This document shows, piece after piece, positions 24,301 through 39,300 of a stretch of DNA of 64,000 nucleotides (positions are counted from its first letter, which is position 1; every line of letters starts with the position of its first letter). The stretch is from Lepidodermella squamata (Eukaryota; Animalia; Gastrotricha). Where the stretch lies: NCBI GenBank assembly GCA_047495785.1, contig JBLDXI010000015.1:1240001-1304000 (forward strand), read 5' to 3'. The notes beneath the pieces are model-generated. The model was not told the DNA's origin and did not search any database. It saw only the letters and a program-made list of their open reading frames with translations. A program made the translations under genes and the position numbers.

Positions 24301-27300
24301 CGAAATCGAATCAGCTGACAGTAGATTTTCGCGAATCCTCGTCAAAAATTGCGTGACCTCTTCGAATTGCAAATCCCGCGGTCGGTAAGCGAGTTTTGAA
24401 GTCAATTTCGCGAATTTTTTCTCTTCATTCGGAATTTTCTCGAACAAATGCAACGGCCGAGGGTGCAAAATACCTTCCTGAGATATTTCGATAAAATGCT
24501 CAATCGAGCGACCTGTTAGCGAGATGTAAAATCGGTCAAATGCCGATAATTCCGACTGATTTTCGGCCAAATCACGTTGGCAAGCGGCGAGTCGAGTCGC
24601 GACTATATCAGCCGGGTCGCTGTCAAGATACGCCGACATAACAGCAAACATAAAAGCGCCGGAAATCAGAAAATTTAAGCTGGATTCATCACGATTTTCC
24701 ATGAAAATCGTCAATAATTCAGAAAATTGCGGTGAGCTCGAAAGCAGCGGCTTGATCAACGGACATTCAGAAATTAAGGCGGATTTCAGGTCGGAAATCG
24801 GCATTTTAGCGGCGTCGCAATTTTTCGGCAGCAATTGCGCCAAAAATCTACGCAAAATCGCGTCGAGCAGTTGCTGTTCTGGCACTTGGTGATGAATCAC
24901 TGGCAAGTTCAACCAGGCCAAATCTTTGAAGGCGGCGCATAGGCGTTGCCAATGAGCGACATGGCGCAGGGTGACTACACTTGACGGCGATAGAAGAGCC
25001 GCCAAATAGAACTCGAGCGGCAATTGGTCGCAATTTGACGCCATCCATGGTATCGTTTCAGTCGCCATATTTTCGCTGTTTTTCGACCAGCGTGATAAAA
25101 ATGCGTCCAGGGTAGTTATCACAGCTGACCCTCGTTCCGGTTGGCTGGATACCAGGAACAATTTAGCAGCGTTTTCCAGCGATAACCAGCTCCAATTTTT
25201 CGAAATGTCACAAATTTCACGCGACTTTTGCCCATACAATAGCCCTAAAGCTATGTCAACCTCGCGATTTTTCGTCAAATAGCTCAAAAGAGGATGAAGA
25301 GCTGGGTCACTAGTGACGTTGGAAACAGCGTTATTACCGGAATTTTCGACAATTTTCCGCAAATTTTCGGCATCAGACGCGAGTAGGCAGTCGAAAATCG
25401 CCGATCGAATTTCGCGGCTGCAAATTGGCGTGATTGATTTCTTCAAAATCGAATCGATTTCACACATCAGCTGATATCGATTTTCGTCTCGATACGGCTG
25501 GCCACTTCCGAATTGCGTCAAAGCGACTAAAAGATTTTTCCTCAGGGCTAACGCTTCACCCCCGAGCAGGGATTTAACAACATTGGAAGCTTCAGGCGCA
25601 CTCGAATTTTTCAGCCCCAATTTTGAGCTCAATTTTTCGACATTTTTAGCCAGCATTCGGTAGACAACGCCGAGTTTTGTCAACCATTCAGCTGGGATTG
25701 GTTGGCAAATGAGGTCGAGGATGAACCGGCATATCGCTAGGATGGTCAGAGCTTGATTTACTGATGACCAGTTGTAGACACTCGAGTCATTTTTGTGGCA
25801 AATCGAAGCGAGCCATTCCAGCAAATCGCTGCAGTACGAGGCAAGGGCGACTATTACAGACTGCTGATTCGCAGGGAGTCGACCTGAATAAACGAAAAAT
25901 AAAATTACAATTTTAAAAACAATAAATTCATGCTTAGAAAAAACAGATTAATAAAAGCTAAACAAAATTAAATTGTTTTGCTGTCCTTAGATTTCCTTCC
26001 GAATTTTATTATTTGAATTATTATTTATTATTAGAAGGGGTCATCGTATTATTGCCTTTCACGTTTCAATCTGAACTTTACAATGGAACAAGGAAATCAA
26101 AATTTGGTCTTCGCGGCCAAGTTTTTTTCAAATTTTTCCAAGAATCTTTCAGCGCATTTCTATTCTCTTTTAAGAATAACACGAAGTAACCGGTTTTTTA
26201 AGCACTGATGAAATTCTCCAAAAAATCGAATTTTAGGAAAAATCGAATATTTCACAGCTATTAGATTCCAGGTTTCAATCGGATTTTCTGCATAATAATC
26301 CAGCTTTATATAGCCAATATTCATCATTGACTGAACAGTGGGACGGAGTTTGTACTCACAGCCCGTCAATTGAGTGAATTTTCACAAAACCAGCCGGTCT
26401 CTATAACATTATGACAGTTTTGTAATGGATATCGTACATTTTATTACATTTACTCCGGTTTTTAAGTATTTATATCGTAAAATAGATAGGGAAGAAGGAT
26501 ATCGGAAAAACTTCCGGCGACATAATCGGAAACGGCGTTGAAAAATAAAGCCCACAGCTAAACAAAAACTGCACTTGAGGCTAGACGAGAAAACCTTGAC
26601 TATCACCACCACCACATATACAGAGTACTTATTGCATTATACGGCGACATTATCTTCTTTTTCCTGCTGCTGCTACATTACAAAAATTCGATCGAAAATG
26701 AATAATGGACGGCGGCGAGTAGTAGAAAACACATATCGATGGTATATAATGTATTATTGTATTAGATAATAGGCGTAATAAACAATAATGTGTACAGCAA
26801 AACAACGACTCGCTGCGGAATATGCGACTTTTTATTATTAGAGGCGGCGACTTGATCGAATTAAAACGCTACTACAACCACCCTAGTCGTAGTAGCCTGG
26901 GCGATGCGCGCAGTTTTCTCGGACAGGCGGCGGAAATGAACGCCCGCCCGCATTGTGACATGCAATGATGAGCCGCCTCAAAATTACTCAGCCCTCCTTA
27001 TATTATTATCAGACTCTGATTTTATTCCATTATTACTAAATATTATAATAACCAGTATTATTTGCAGCTGCTGTCAAACGAGCCGCCGCGTTGCTGGTTC
27101 GTCCCACTGTCAAATAATGAAGATAGACCCATATAGCCAGATTCTAATAATAATAATCACCCTATTGAGCACCCTACTCGATGACAATAGACTATGCTGT
27201 GATCACATCTTCATTTCGCAACACGTCATCGCGCGCAGTTTTTTCATTTAAAAATTTCGCCGCTTATTCAATTTTCGCATATCTTTTTTGTACGTCGTTA

Positions 27301-30300
27301 GATTCGTCACGCTTCAGTGCTAAAAATTTATGTCCGTCGCGAAACCGCAATGCAGGACCCGAAGTTTTACAAGTGCGTAATCGAGCGGTAATAATGACGA
27401 TTTTTTTAAGGCGACACGAAAATTTGCACGATTCGATGCGTTCGAGCAATTTCGCTAAATATATATTATTTTTCATCGTCGAAAACCAGGCCAAAAGACT
27501 TATTTCTCAACTAGTTGTCAATATTATATATGCATTAGAAGGGACGAGAATCAATCAACCGGAACCGAGTCGTTTTTCAGGCTGTAATAATTTTTTTCGA
27601 GTCGTTAATTTGTTTACCTAGGACCGCCCGGTAAAAAACTGGACGGGATAAATGCGGCCAGTTTTTATGGGGCTATACCAGTAATAATAATCAATCATCA
27701 TACATTACCCATCGATTTTCGTCACATATCTCTCATTATTCTACGCAAAACAATAAATACACGACGACTTTTTGTTTCATTTATAATATTATTATGGCAG
27801 ATGTAGATGAGGTGGACTCGAATAATGCGATAATATATTTATAATATTCATTTCGCGCTTTCTTTCTTTCGCGAGAGCGCTAACGCGCGCGATCGTGTCA
27901 ATAATCCAGCACCAAAAATTATGTATGTAAGATGATCGCAAAATGACCCAGCCAAAAACTTATTGCTACGAAAACAAAACTGAGCCATCGTTTACGATAT
28001 TTCTGCATTCAAGAAAGTAGAACGCAAAGTTATTTATCGACTCACTTTTCAAATTCCACAATGCATTCTGCTTCGCTTCTTCGATCGCCAGTTGAAAATA
28101 TCCGCGGAACATTGACAAGCGTAGGCCGAAAAACGCGCGGCAATCCGAGATTTTATCGCTATTCAGCCAATTTTCCCACGAAAAATCAGCGATTTGATCG
28201 GGTTTTTCGACCCCATTGGCTAGAAGCAATTTCTCGTCTTCCAAATAGCATTTTACCATCCGATTAATGAATCGAGAATTCGGCGATTTTCTTATCTCTT
28301 CATTAGCCAGCAACAAATTCGACCGAACTCGGTAATCGCCGTGTCTGAACCTTGATAGATAAACGACGGTTAAATCGAGATTTTCCGGGCTGAAATTCGC
28401 CAAATCTTGATGAATGTTCATCAACTTCCAGTGGCAGAATTGCGGCGAAATTTCGCAACGCTTGCTCGTTTTGCCTTGAATTTTCTCGTCGAAATCTGCG
28501 AGAATTAGCGAAATAGCAATTCGCAAATTTTCCACCTGGCTCGGGGTTAAGCACCGCCAAAGTGGGGCTAAACAGTTAGCAACCACGCCATGGAATAAAT
28601 TCGGCGTCTCGCCAACGCCATCGAGAGAATCTGGCGAAATTGCTGCCAATTTAGTGCACAAATCAGCGTAGACTTTCGCCGCCATATTTGGCCTAGAAAA
28701 TATAGGAATTTTCATGAAAAATTTCAAATTTTTCAATTTTTTTCAAACCTGATTTCAGCGACAATTTTATAAATCGCCTTGGCGAGTTGAATCAATTTTG
28801 GCTCGTCCAGATCGCGATGAAGAGCGATTATAGTCAGATCATTTTCGAGACCGCAAGATTCCGTGAAACAAGGCTAGAAAATTCAAATTTTGAAATATTT
28901 AAATTTAAATTTTTCAGTTTAAATCGGAATATAAACATGTTTACCCTTGATGGCAAGTAGATTTCAATACCGCGATTTCTCACAGCCCGTGATAGCTCGC
29001 CAAAGTTCGGATTAGCCGTTAGGAAAATGCGAAATTCCGGGTGCGGCCGAACGATAGCGTCCTCGATGCGTTTACAGCCCCGCTCGTGGACGTACAACAC
29101 ACCGCCGGGTTCGAACAGCGAGTTCAACCGGTCGAGAACGGCCGGTGAGCAGAAATTGGCGTTGTCAACCAGCAGCCAATCGCCGCGCTTCATTGCACCG
29201 ACCAGCGCGCTATCAGACCACACGAAAGACGGTGTAGTGTTAACGGGTCCATTTTTGCGGTCTTCATTTTTCAATATCACACCCAGTTTTTTCGCGATTT
29301 TCGCCAATTTTTCATCATCTGAGAAAAAAAACAATTTTTTTCAATAATTTCAACAATATAGATTTACAAAAATTCCACCATAATTATTTTTTAATTTCAT
29401 CTTTTTCATGAAAACAAACCAAGTTAAAATAGTACTTTTTCTCGATTATTTCCTCATATTTTTACTGAGATTGAAATAATTTTCAATAATCCAACTTAGA
29501 ATATCATTTTTCGATCTTTCTCTCATCATTTTACCGTTTGAAATTGCGCTCAAAAGCGAGTGTAAATCGCCGAGTTGGTGCAGCAATTTCGCCCGATCCG
29601 CATCGTTCGCTGATAACAGCTCGTTAGCCCCTAGTAAGCAGCGGCATTTTTCGAACACTGATATCAGCTTCGCTCGAATTTTTTTCGGCAGCGTCTCTTG
29701 CAACAGCTCATCGGCCAAATTTTGCAAAACACAGCCGTACAACTCATCCAACAACGCTCTCGCCTGCGATTGCCAGCCAACCTTTATAAGAGGGGGAAAA
29801 ATTATTTTTTCATCATCATTATTTACAATAATTTAACACGATAAAAATAACAATATGCTATTACGAGTATTATTTTTTGGCTATAAGAAAAACGGCCTAG
29901 TTTTTAGGCGTGTTGTGATCACCGATCCGGTTTATAAGATATATAAATAATAATAACAATAAATAAGCTCAAGCCTTCGCGGGCCAAAAGTCGCGGATTT
30001 TTGGGTGGGCGAAGGGCAGGGCGTTTAACAACACGCGCTACTTTAACAATATATTATATAAGTAAATAGGCCGGGCATCATCACCGCGTCCAGCCGGTCA
30101 GCGATCGCCGGCTCGCTTGCAACAACAACAAGCGAGTATAAAAGCGCGCATCCGCCGGCTACTCGTCGCTTTACATTTGCCTATCTTGTTTATTACTTGT
30201 AGAAAAACGATCAGCACGATTTCAGAGGCAGAAATCAGGATGGATGCCTGAGCGCGAGCGCGCGCATTACAACACACGTGATGGTTTAGCCAAGGTAAGT

Positions 30301-33300
30301 AAGCGCAGAGCCAGAGCAAAATCGCATCTTGTATCGTTTTCTTATATAAGAAAAATATGAAAAGCCACAGCGATTAATGCTGCTTGCGGATACTTTTTGC
30401 AACAACTACAAGAAATCATCCTTATATTATTGTATCGAAACCAATTCATACTACATGCATTATTATCATTGGCGGCTGTATGTATGATCCTCTTTTATAC
30501 ATCAATTTATTAGCCATAGCTGTAGGTATAGTAAGGATAGACAAAGTACAGGCGCTTCTTGTTCGGCAGCTTTTTGATGCTTGCCACATTGCGCGGCGAT
30601 TTGTTATTCGCATCATTTGTACACTGAGACTTGTTTCTGCTGTGCGATGAGGAGACACCAACCACCACCGCTACTTATACAATGTTTTCATTTCCTGACT
30701 ACTTACAAATCGCAGTTGTACATACAGCCATATAGCCAGCCATTAGCCCGCGTCGATACATATCGAAAATTGTTTCCCTTTTAGGTATTTCAGCCCTTGA
30801 GTAACAATTTTCGCATAAATATCGCCGCAATGTTTTTAGCGGTAATTGCAACCATCATCGCTTTTAAACGCGCACTTCTCACTGCCTTAAAAATGTAACT
30901 TATCATTTTTAATATTTTTCTATAGATCACCTTAATTTACGCAGATATGTCATTTAATTAGCTATTAAAACGAAAGAAAATTTCGATGCGTCGCTGGAAA
31001 CGTTAAAAAGATCTTCCTTAAGATTATTTCTAATTTTACTGCCCGTAAAATTTGGAGGAAAATAAACAACTGCCGTGGTCGGAAATGTTATTCGGGACGC
31101 TCAAGTCGCTGAGTTGATAGCTATCAGAAATAATACGACATGCCAAATTCGAATATTGCCAACGTTGCCAATAACAACCTGCTCATGGCCGTTTTATCGG
31201 CGACGACCAGCGGCTCAGCGCCGTCAAATCAGGCGCATACCTCAACTTCAGCGCCGTTTTTCGGCGCATATCAGGTGAGAAAAACTCAAATAAAAAAAAC
31301 GGGAAACAGATATGTCAGGAGTTGATTTCCAAATTTTTTGATAAAGCATAAAAGCATCCTTAAGTTTTCAAAATTTTGGCTAGAAAATTGTATCTGTCAC
31401 CCCCTTGGAACTGGGCCTAGTCGGAACACTGGATCGAAACCTCAATTGTTTATTACGACACTCCATTTTGTTGAAGCAGCCAAGAGTTGAAATTAGAATT
31501 AAAATCCATTTTAATTTAATTTTTAAAATGTTCTATTTCTCAATAAATTTGAAAATAAAATTTAGAAAATTTGAGCTGAGCCAACTTATTTAAGACGCTT
31601 AGGAATTTTAAGTTTAATATCAAGTAGGGATATTTTCAAAATTCGAGCGAAATAATTCCTCAACCACCAAGAAATGATCCGATTTCTTAAATTTACGAAA
31701 AATTCGAAGAAATGAAGCCCGTTGCACTTTGAAATTTTAGAAAATAAAATTTCGAATTTCGAACACTCAGCCTGAGAAAAATCCCAGATTGTCTGAAATA
31801 TTTCTTCATCCACCTTAATAGCTTATTTTTGTTTCATTTTTATTAGGGTGATATGACGCCGCCGGTGTTTTCGACTACAACAAGCCAATCGGCGTGGCAA
31901 GGCGGCGAATTGGAATCAACCGTCCTCGTGACTCAGTACTCATTTCCCGGCGCAGCGACCACAACCCTGCGAACACCGACCACCAGCGACCACATCCTAC
32001 TTGGCATTTGCTTCATCGTCGGCGTGTTGGGCATTGTCGGAAATGCCGTCATGGTGACTAGCATTATAGCCGTGCGTTCCTTTCGCCAGGCCTCCAACAT
32101 TTTCTTCTTCCACCACGGCCTGTTAGAAATCGCCAAATCAGCCCTCATCATTCCGTACGCGCTTTCGATAACCGGAAAGCGCGCGTCCTACTGCGAGCTG
32201 CTCGGCGCTATGCAATGCGTCCTCGTCACGACGACTTCGCTCAATTTAGCCGCTATTACGATTAACCAGAGCTTTATTATCAGCCACACCCTGCCCGGGG
32301 CTCAACTCAACCCTGACGAGCAAAATAAACGGCAGCCGAAAAGTATGTCGAAGCAGCAGAATAACAACGATTCGAGGCAACAGCAAAAACAGTTTAAAAA
32401 ATCCTCAGATCAATCGAAACAGCAGCAGCAACAACAAGGGAATATTAAAATAGTCCCAGCCTTAGATCCTGGTGCTTTTGCGAAACCGAGCCTAAAACGC
32501 AATATAACCTGCGTTGTTTTCGGTGTTTTGCTCATTTGGATGGCGAGTTTAGTCCTGAATATGGGCGTTTCGTTGATAACCGGCTCCGGGCAGTATAACG
32601 AGAAAATTGGGCTGTGTTATTTTGTATACGGCCACCAGAAGAGCTATGTTGTTAATGTCATGTGGATTGTGGTCACGTCACTCGGTGTTGGTGCTACTAT
32701 TGGTTGTTTGCGGAAGCTCAAAATGGACTTGAGACGGAGTCAGGAATATCGTAAGTTAAAAACCGGGACAAAATCCAAAATCATGTCCAAATTTGAAAAA
32801 AAAATTCAAATTTTTCCCCGAAATTTAAAACACCAAATTAAATTGGACTCAGGTTAAATTTGAATAAATATAAACTTTTTAAAATTCTGAATGTTGGTCG
32901 TGCTAATAAATATTCAAAAAAATGTAATCATCTGATGAAAAGCGCGAAAAATTGGAAAAACCCAGAAATTTTCGATTTTCAATATTTTAAAATTCACGGA
33001 AATTGAAGAAAATTGAAAAACGCAAATTTCGATAAGAAAAAAATTGGAAAAATGTCTCTTAGCTTTGAAAATTGATATTGAACATTTAGCTCTCTCCTGT
33101 TATAGCAGTTCAATTTTTTAATCTTTCTGAATTTTTATAGTGATGAAAACTTTCCCAAATCAACTACGAGGCAATCGCCACCACAACCAGCAAGGCAATA
33201 CTCTGAACAATAGCAGCAATAGCCTAAAATCGAGATCACTGCCTCATCTACGCAATATTCAACCGTCGAATGCCGGAAACGCGGCGAGCGAGCAGCAGGC

Positions 33301-36300
33301 GAACTCGAACCCGCAAATCAACAACAAGGGTGACCAGATGGGCAAGAAAAAAAGCTCATCAGCTTCGCATGCGAAGCTGCCGCGGTCGTCAACAATCGAC
33401 GAGCGGCACCAACAGCGGCTATCAGCAATAATTTCTAAACAAGCTTTCCAGCAAACGCGGCTGTTAAATTGCCAATTCAACGTTATTGTCCTTCAAACAA
33501 TTTCATTCATCGTATTTTGGTACCCGTTATTCGGGTTGATTATCGCCGATAAGGAATTTATCGTCGATACTGAGATTTACAAGGCGCTAACGGTGTTGGC
33601 GTGGCTCAACGCGCCCTTGACGCCCGTTTTCTTCACGTACTTCAACTACGAGTGCTATTCGACCCAAGTCGCCGTTCGGTTGAGCGTCGTCGGCAACGCG
33701 ACGGCTCAGGTTGTCCACGAACAGGCGGCTATCGCCGAGAAAATCGGCACCACCGACGATAACGACCCCGATGATGATCAGAAAAATAATCACAGTAGTG
33801 GTAACAATAATAACGAGCAGCAGCGGCCGTTGAAAACTGCGACGATTTCAACGGCGGGCGAGCGCAATAAGCGGAGTAGTATGCAGGCGAAACCAGCTAC
33901 TATGGTGCCATCTATCAACAATTACCCGCATGGCCAGCTTCAAAAACAGTTCTATCAAGATGCGGCAAACGCGAATACAACAGTGAGTCATGCTAACCGG
34001 AATTAAATTTAATCTCGAATTGAACATTTTTGGGAACTATTCATTTTCACATTTCCATGGCAACCCATTCTTAATTTTGAACTGGAGCAATTTTTCTTCT
34101 GTTTCTTAGGTTAAATCCCAAGGGGCATTTATTCAAAAGTTAACGAAAATATAGGATAGAAAACCCGGAAAAGCTGGTATCGGGCTTTCCCCAGTCGAAA
34201 AGAAAATTCTGGATTTTTGAATTTTTCTGATCAGTTTCGTAGTTGCTTAGATGATTTTTTTTCTGAAAATGTAATGGGACATTGCCTCTCATTCTAGACT
34301 TTTCAGTTAATTTTCATTAGCTGTGGTACGCATGAGAAATACTTTAAAAATACCTTGAATAAACAGCTAATTTTGACCTTCTCAAAAACAATTTAAGGTG
34401 GAATTTTAAATTGGAATTCGAAAAATGGATGTAATTCGATGAATTGGATTTTTATTCGATTATCCTTGATCTTCTGTTTTAGTTTTCAACTTTCCGGCCT
34501 CCGCCGCCGCCTAGTTACAACATGACCGCCCGGAGTCTCCACGACCTGGAAGAACCGGGCGTCGACCCGGACCAGGGTGTCTACTGGTACGACCGCCGCG
34601 ATTTCTCCTCAAATTCGCTGCACCAACTCGCCATGCCGCGAACTGAAACTTTCCCGAAACTGCAACTCGACGACGGGCAAAACCAGACGGACTCGCTTCA
34701 ACGCGCTTTCTGGGCACGGCCCGCTCAAACGTCACGGTCACTGCGCGAAATTCGCGACTTCCGCCTACCAGCCGCTCCGGTTGTTAACAATAAGAGCCTA
34801 GGAGTTCGATTCCCAATAGCCCCATCGCCGTTGCAAAAAGTGATAATAACCAGCGATAACAACAACGAGTCGAACTCGCCGTCGATGCGGCCGCATTCGT
34901 ACGAAAACATCTCCGGCTATTCGTTCGACGGCAAAAAGCGGAGTCGAACAAGCGAATTGCGGCGCGAGATAAGCGATGAAGAGGACGATTCGGCGGAAGA
35001 TGAGGAGGAGATTCACCCGAGGAAGAAATCCCCGCGGCGCCAGCCGAGTTTCAAATCTATTCATCAGAGCGCGACCGCCCAGATGCCGATCGTCGGCTGG
35101 GCTGGGCAGCAGCAGTCGCAGAAAATGAGTTCGTGGCGGCAGATTGCGAGCCAGCCGACGAAATCAACGTCGAGTGGGCACAGTGCGGGTTCGCAGTTGG
35201 GGCTACTGGCGTCTCAGCAGGGGGAGAAGAAGCCGATGAAGAGTAGTTTGTCGAAACGAATGACTGGGCGAAGCGGTTCGAAGCGACGAACGAGAAACGC
35301 CGAAACAACGTCAGACGATGGTATGAATTTTCGAATTTTTGAATCTTATTCCAATTTAACCTCGTATTTCTTACGCAATTTTTCTTAATAGAAATTATTT
35401 ACAGAGCACATTTCCGCCGAGTTAAAAGTAAAACGCACCATTAGAACAACCTATTTTTTTACAATTTTATTGATTTTATAATTCCATTATGGTTAGGCAT
35501 TTTCGGCAATTCTGGGTAGATCATCTCCTAAATAACTACTTTAAACCATTCAGGAAACCTTATTTAGGGGAGCTATAATAATTTTCTAAGCTATAATTTA
35601 TTGCTGATTTATAAAATAAGAGCAGATTAAAAAATATAGAATCGAAGCAGCAAGAAAATTCAATTATTTTCATTATACTGAAAAATTCAATATTCACAAA
35701 AAATCGGGTTTGAGGGCCACGTGCGTCATAATATTTTAGATACAAAATCCGAAAAAAATCCGTGATTAATTTTTTTATTGAGAATCCAGCAGTCAGCCCC
35801 GCTGAAAATTCTCTAAAATAGATGCGTCCATATAGATTCAGATGTCCCTTAACATAGTTTGGAGATTAGTCGATAAGTATATGTACTGGCTTAACGCTAG
35901 AAGTTATGTTTTAGTTGAACCTTAACGTCATTCTAGAATGGCTACAACGATGTTGAATTTAAAATTATGACATTTTTTGTTCTTCGCTACTATTAGATGA
36001 CTATCCACCGCCAAGAACGCCTCCTCATCAAAGCCCGGCTAAAACGTCACTGAGAGCTCAACAACAGCCACAACAGCACCAGCAATTACAACCGCTCAAT
36101 TCGCAAAACTCGAAGAAGGTTCTAACGCAGCAACGCGCTGTGAGCAGCAGCATGACCGTGACATCGTCAACCGAGCAAGAAATACCAATCGGGACGTCGA
36201 AAATCGGCGGCGGAAAACTAGCACCGCAGGGCTTTAAAAATCCGTTGTATATCGAAGCCTTCAGGCGGGCTAATTTGAGAGCGCAGCAGGGAGGCGGCGG

Positions 36301-39300
36301 TACGAGTGATGAAGAGGCGGCTATTATGGCTCAGCAATCGCAGTATCACAACACAGCGCATCAATCCATTCCAATGACGGACATGGCGCCGTCACGGTCG
36401 AACCAACGTATCAGCGACACGCCTCAACTCAGGTAAATACAACAAATTCGCAAAATATTCCGAAAATGGGGCTAATTGTAGAAATAGAAAAATGTATACT
36501 ATTAATTCTTTGTTTCTAATCGAATAAAAAGCACTAATTCAATGTGGATTTCTCACATCAAAAAATAAGAAAAATGTTCCCCATACTTGTGAAAACTTAT
36601 TGTTATCGTATTAGGACGGAATTTTGCTTCGGTGAGTGTACGCTTTTTGTCTAGGATTGCATTGAAATCTATCCTGTAATATGCTAAATTTTTGTAAATA
36701 ATTTTACGAAATACCTTCCACTTCGCCTAATTATTGTTTTTCGCGTTCCTTTATGAAACTTCTTCAATATTTCCCATTCGGTTGTTTTTTCTAGAATTTC
36801 ATGAAATATTTGAATTCTGCGACGATAAAAGGAATGAAATAGACTCGAAAATGTCGAATATGTCGAATAAGTAGATATCATATTCTGGGAAAATCTAAGT
36901 AAAAGGGAATATTAGAGTGAACGCCTAAAATTCAATCATTTTTTGTGCGAAGAGATGCGAATTTTTCTTCTTCAATTTGTTGAAAAATAGTGGCTGGTAT
37001 ACCAAAAAAGTGTAGACCAAAGTATGGTAAGCAAGCGTCGATATTGTAACAACCTTCAACCAGTTAACCTGATATAATTCGAATGAATTTTTTCCTATTA
37101 TTATTATTATGAATGGAAAAGAAATTGCTATCCTTTATTTACAAAAACAACATCTTTTGACTAAAATAATTTTTCGTAACTTTCGCGTGAAAAAATCTTC
37201 ATTTGATTGACAAATTTCATATTATTTTCAATTTTTTTGCAGATATATAGCGAATCAAGGGCCGTGGAACAAGTCGATCAACGAGACGGAGGATGAAAAT
37301 TTTTCGGGCAGCGGTAATTTACGCGTCGATTCGCTGCAAAAGGGCACGACAAATGAACCGGACGAAGATGAAGAACTTGAAATTCCGATCGGAGCCGAGG
37401 CCGAACTAGACCAAGAAACGCAACTCCAGCAACTACAACAACCCTCAGCGCCGCCAATCGAGGCAATGGGGTACACCCGAATTGAATCTCACGTTAAAAC
37501 AGCTGGCGGGAATTCGGTTGATCGGCTGCAAATTTGGCTCGGGAAATTGGACACGCAGCAGCCTCAAACCGCGGTCATCTCAACGTCGCCGCCGAATCGG
37601 CCGAATAAGCCGAAATCGTTGATCGACGAATTTCATCAGCGCCACTGTCGTGATTTGAGCACGTTGGAGCGGCAAATTAGCCACACGGCTGGGACGCCGA
37701 TAGATATAACGATAACCAGTGGGAATACGAATAACTCGCAATCGAGCCCGAAAAATGCGCGAAAAAGCAGTGTGAAATCGCCGGAGCAGAAGGAGGAAGA
37801 AAAACGGTCGACTAGCGGCAGTGAGCAGCGCGAGATTTGGATTTAGAAATTTATTTTCAAATTTTTAAGGAAATTATTGTCAACTTTAATAATCAATTAT
37901 AGTTATTTATAGATTTTTGCACATTTGTACAGAACTTTCTCTACTTCTTTCTCAGAAATGAAAAAATACCTGATGCCGACTTGATTCAATAAAAAAAGTA
38001 ACAACAAGAGAGCGCAATAAAATTTGACGATGCAACCTGAGTAATTTTTTCCTTTTAAAAAGAAATTGTGTCCAACCTGTTCATAAGATCCGAGTAAATC
38101 GGTAGCGTCCAGGGATGGTGTGACTGCGAGAACGGTGAGAGGTCGACCGGCAACGCGAGCCAAATACCGGACAGCTGATGTTTTCCCCGAAAATTCATCG
38201 CCGTACTGCAAAAAAAATTAAATGAAATCAATAACAGCCAATTTCCAAAAAACGACCTGATTTCGGACAATTTTTATTTTTCAAGTCCACATTTTTCACA
38301 TTCAAAATGATTGAAAACAAAATTTTAGAAATTCAATTTTTCAATCAAATTTTTCAAATTTAATTCATTTGTTTCAGGAAAAATTACCAGAATAACCATC
38401 CAGCCTTTGTTCGAACAAGCTGTCATCGATTCGATAGCCGGAAGCCAGGCGTGGATAGCGAAATTCAACGCATCATTTTGCTGACCGTGAAGCGGCGACA
38501 GGGCAGTTGTTGTCAGAGTTGAGGCACCGAAAGTAACCGAATTCGGGCCATAGGAAAGTGCCCCATTCGGAATGTACAGCGGATTATGATCGGCATCAAA
38601 TACACCCAAGTAGCAATCGTGGATCTATAAACAAAAAAAATAATAAGTCAGTCATTAAAATTGGAAAATTCCGAATTAAATTGAAAATGTTTAAAGCAGA
38701 ACATTTTTTCAATTAAAGCAAAAAAATCAAAGCGCGCTTTTCATAAATCGCGTGCCCGTCTGCGATGAAAAAAAGCGACCTAAATTGGCCCAAACATACT
38801 ATCACGCATTGGCTTAACTCCAACCGATCGAATGTTCTCGAAAATCTTACTTTCTGCTGATCTTTCGGCTTTGAAAATCGAGCCGCGTAAATGACGTGCA
38901 CGAACCGGCCCGGATTTGCGACTTTCTCACCGGCCAACAGCTGACACCAGCGCGTTAAATCGCGCAAGTTAAACAGCGCATTCGACGCACTAAACGCGGC
39001 ATTTGCCTTTGAAGTAAAATCGACCATTAATTCAAGGGTAGCCACATCGATTTCGCCAAATAGCCCCCGCAAAATAACCATATAATCAGCATTCGTCAAT
39101 TGATCGACAAAAACCTGAAAAAAATATATTTAAAAAATCCGCCTTAATTTTTTATAATTTTTCAATACCTGAGTAAAACGGTTCAGAAAAGATCGAGGCA
39201 AATTTTTACGACCACCGCCGCCGAATGACGGATTTTGAGCGCCGAAAAATCGGCAACCCTCGTGAACTTTGACCTCAATGCCCAGTTCAGGAATCGTCGC

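Noticed and set aside
26160-27621. Short ORFs in the 25.9-28.0 kb intron
   Set aside because: No domain signal or splice-consistent structure. More likely non-coding or regulatory.
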